DNA of 64,000 nt from Macrostomum lignano. Its lineage: Eukaryota. Made by a program: the position numbers and the translations under genes. The notes under the pieces were generated by a model that did not search any database, was not told the origin of the DNA, and was given only the letters and a program-made list of their open reading frames with translations. Positions 61,601 through 64,000 of the stretch are shown piece after piece; the first letter of the stretch is position 1; every line of letters begins with the position of its first letter. Location: the NCBI GenBank assembly GCA_002269645.1, contig NIVC01000211.1:434001-498000 (forward strand), read 5' to 3'.

Positions 61601-64000
61601 GTCTTAGTGCTGTGTGTCTTAGTGCTGTGTGTCTTAGTGCATGGTGTCTTAGTGCCTGTGTCTTAGTGCCTGTGTCTTAGTGCCTGTGTGTCTTAGTGCC
61701 TGTGTGTCTTAGTGCCTGTGTGTCTTAGTGCCTGTGTGTCTTAGTGCCTGTGTGTCTTAGTGCCTGTGTGTCTTAGTGCCTGTGTGTCTTAGTGCCTGTG
61801 TGTCTTAGTGCCTGTGTGTCTTAGTGCTGTGTGTCTTAGTGCCGTGTGTCTTAGTGCCTGTGTGTCTTAGTGCTGTGTGTCTTAGTGCCTGTGTGTCTTA
61901 GTGCCTGTGTGTCTTAGTGCCTGTGTGTCTTAGTGCCTGTGTGTCTTAGTGCTTGTGTCTTAGTGCATGGTGTCTTAGTGCCTGTGTGTCTTAGTGCCGT
62001 GTGTCTTAGTGCCTGTGTGTCTTAGTGCATGGTGTCTTAGTGCCTGTGTGTCTTAGTGCCTGTGTGTCTTAGTGCATGGTGTCTTAGTGCCTGTGTCTTA
62101 GTGCCTGTGTGTCTTAGTGCCTGTGTGTCTTAGTGCCTGTGTGTCTTAGTGCCTGTGTGTCTTAGTGCATGGTGTCTTAGTGCCTGTGTCTTAGTGCCTG
62201 TGTGTCTTAGTGCCTGTGTGTCTTAGTGCCTGTGTGTCTTAGTGCCTGTGTGTCTTAGTGCTGTGTGTCTTAGTGTATGGGTGTCTTAGTGCCTGTGTGT
62301 CTTAGTGCTGTGTGTTTAGTGCCTGTGTGTCTTAGTGCCTGTGTGTCTTAGTGCCTGTGTGTCTTAGTGCATGGTGTCTTAGTGCCTGTGTCTTAGTGCC
62401 TGTGTGTCTTAGTGCTGTGTGTCTTAGTGCATGGTGTCTTAGTGCCTGTGTGTCTTAGTGCCGTGTGTCTTAGTGCCTGTGTGTCTTAGTGCATGGTGTC
62501 TTAGTGCCTGTGTGTCTTAGTGCCTGTGTGTCTTAGTGCAGTGTGTTTAGTGCCTGTGTGTCTTAGTGCCTGTGTGTCTTAGTGCATGGTGTCTTAGTGC
62601 ATGGTGTCTTAGTGCCTGTGTCTTAGTGCCTGTGTGTCTTAGTGCCTGTGTGTCTTAGTGCATGGGTGTCTTAGTGCCTGTGTGTCTTAGTGCCTGTGTG
62701 TCTTAGTGCCTGTGTGTCTTAGTGCCTGTGTGTCTTAGTGCTGTGTGTCTTAGTGCCTGTGTGTCTTAGTGCCTGTGTGTCTTTGTGCCTGAGTGTCTTA
62801 GTGCCTGTGTGTCTTAGTGCATGGTGTCTTAGTGCCTGTGTCTTAGTGCCTGTGTGTCTTAGTGCCTGTGTGTCTTAGTGCCTGTGTGTCTTAGTGCTGT
62901 GTGTCTTAGTGCATGGGTGTCTTAGTGCCTGTGTGTCTTAGTGCCGTGTGTCTTAGTGCCTGTGTGTCTTAGTGTATGGGTGTCTTAGTGCCTGTGTGTC
63001 TTAGTGCCTGTGTGTCTTAGTGCTGTGTGTCTTAGTGCCTGTGTGTCTTAGTGCCTGTGTGTCTTAGTGCATGGGTGTCTTAGTGCCTGTGTCTTAGTGC
63101 CTGTGTCTTAGTGCCTGTGTCTTAGTGCCTGTGTGTCTTAGTGCATGGCTGTCTTAGTGCCTGTGTCTTTTTCTTTGTCTGTCTTAGTGCCTGTGTGTCT
63201 TAGTGCCTGTGTGTCTTAGTGCCTGTGTGTCTTAGTGCATGGGTGTCTTAGTGCCTGTGTCTTAGTGCCTGTGTCTTAGTGCCTGTGTGTCTTAGTGCAT
63301 GGCTGTCTTAGTGCCTGTGTCTTTTTCTTTGTCTGTCTTAGTGCCTGTGTGTCTTAGTGCCTGTGTGTCTTAGTGCCTGTGTGTCTTAGTGCATGGGTGT
63401 CTTAGTGCCTGTGTGTCTTAGTGCCTGTGTCTTAGTGCCTGTGTGTCTTAGTGCATGGTGTCTTAGTGCCTGTGTGTCTTAGTGCCTGTGTGTCTTAGTG
63501 CCTGTGTGTCTTAGTGCAGTGTGTTTTAGTGCCTGTGTGTCTTAGTGCCTGTGTGTCTTAGTGCATGGTGTCTTAGTGCATGGTGTCTTAGTGCCTGTGT
63601 CTTAGTGCCTGTGTGTCTTAGTGCCTGTGTGTCTTAGTGCATGGTGTCTTAGTGCCTGTGTGTCTTAGTGCCTGTGTGTCTTAGTGCCTGTGTGTCTTAG
63701 TGCCTGTGTGTCTTAGTGATGTGTGTTTAGTGCCTGTGTGTCTTAGTGCCTGTGTGTCTTAGTGCCTGAGTGTCTTAGTGCCTGTGTGTCTAGTGCATGG
63801 TGTCTTAGTGCCTGTGTCTTAGTGCCTGTGTGTCTTAGTGCCTGTGTGTCTTAGTGCCTGTGTGTCTTAGTGCTTGTGTGTCTTAGTGCATGGTGTCTTA
63901 GTGCCTGTGTGTCTTAGTGCCTGTGTCTTAGTGCCTGTGTGTCTTAGTGTATGGTGTCTTAGTGCCTGTGTGTCTTAGTGCCTGTGTGTCTTAGTGCTGT
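40693..64000. repeat. Giant satellite array, 14/16-bp monomer (TG)TGTGTCTTAGTGCC, more than 23 kb, about 1,500 monomers, with higher-order repeats
   Basis: Continuous to the window end. Recurrent variant monomers (GCATGG, GCATAGG, GACAG, GACTG, TTTTTCTTT). TAG on + and TAA on - close all frames, so the ORF track has nothing here. Confidence 0.98.

Noticed and set aside
40693-64000. Telomeric array interpretation of the giant satellite
   Set aside because: Contains TTAGTG, not TTAGGG, and has no G-tracts; the resemblance is superficial.

Overview
Eukaryotic (metazoan), intron-rich and repeat-saturated DNA. The style (short exons, a different minisatellite in nearly every intron) resembles a free-living flatworm such as Macrostomum; the species is inference only. 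Bases 1-40 kb hold three spliced genes, reconstructed by hand from GT-AG sites and codon phase: (1) the last two exons of a membrane-anchored histidine acid phosphatase (+, YSAHD motif); (2) a complete two-exon class A peptide-type GPCR (+, about 455 aa); (3) ten exons of an FNDC3/miles-to-go-like gene (-, 8 FN3 domains) whose C-terminal membrane anchor lies in the -1 frame. An apparently intact minor-spliceosome U6atac snRNA gene (TATA at -31, +1 G, AAGGAGA box, T7 terminator) is nested in an FNDC3 intron and is the top finding. Also present: two copies of a tRNA-derived CORE-type SINE, a second SINE with a 15-bp TSD, a cluster of eight ATGACGTCAT palindromes, and about 25 mini/microsatellites. 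Bases 40.7-64 kb are a single 14/16-bp satellite with nested higher-order periods (about 0.82 kb and 2.69 kb). Most long ORFs in the supplied track are repeat artefacts.
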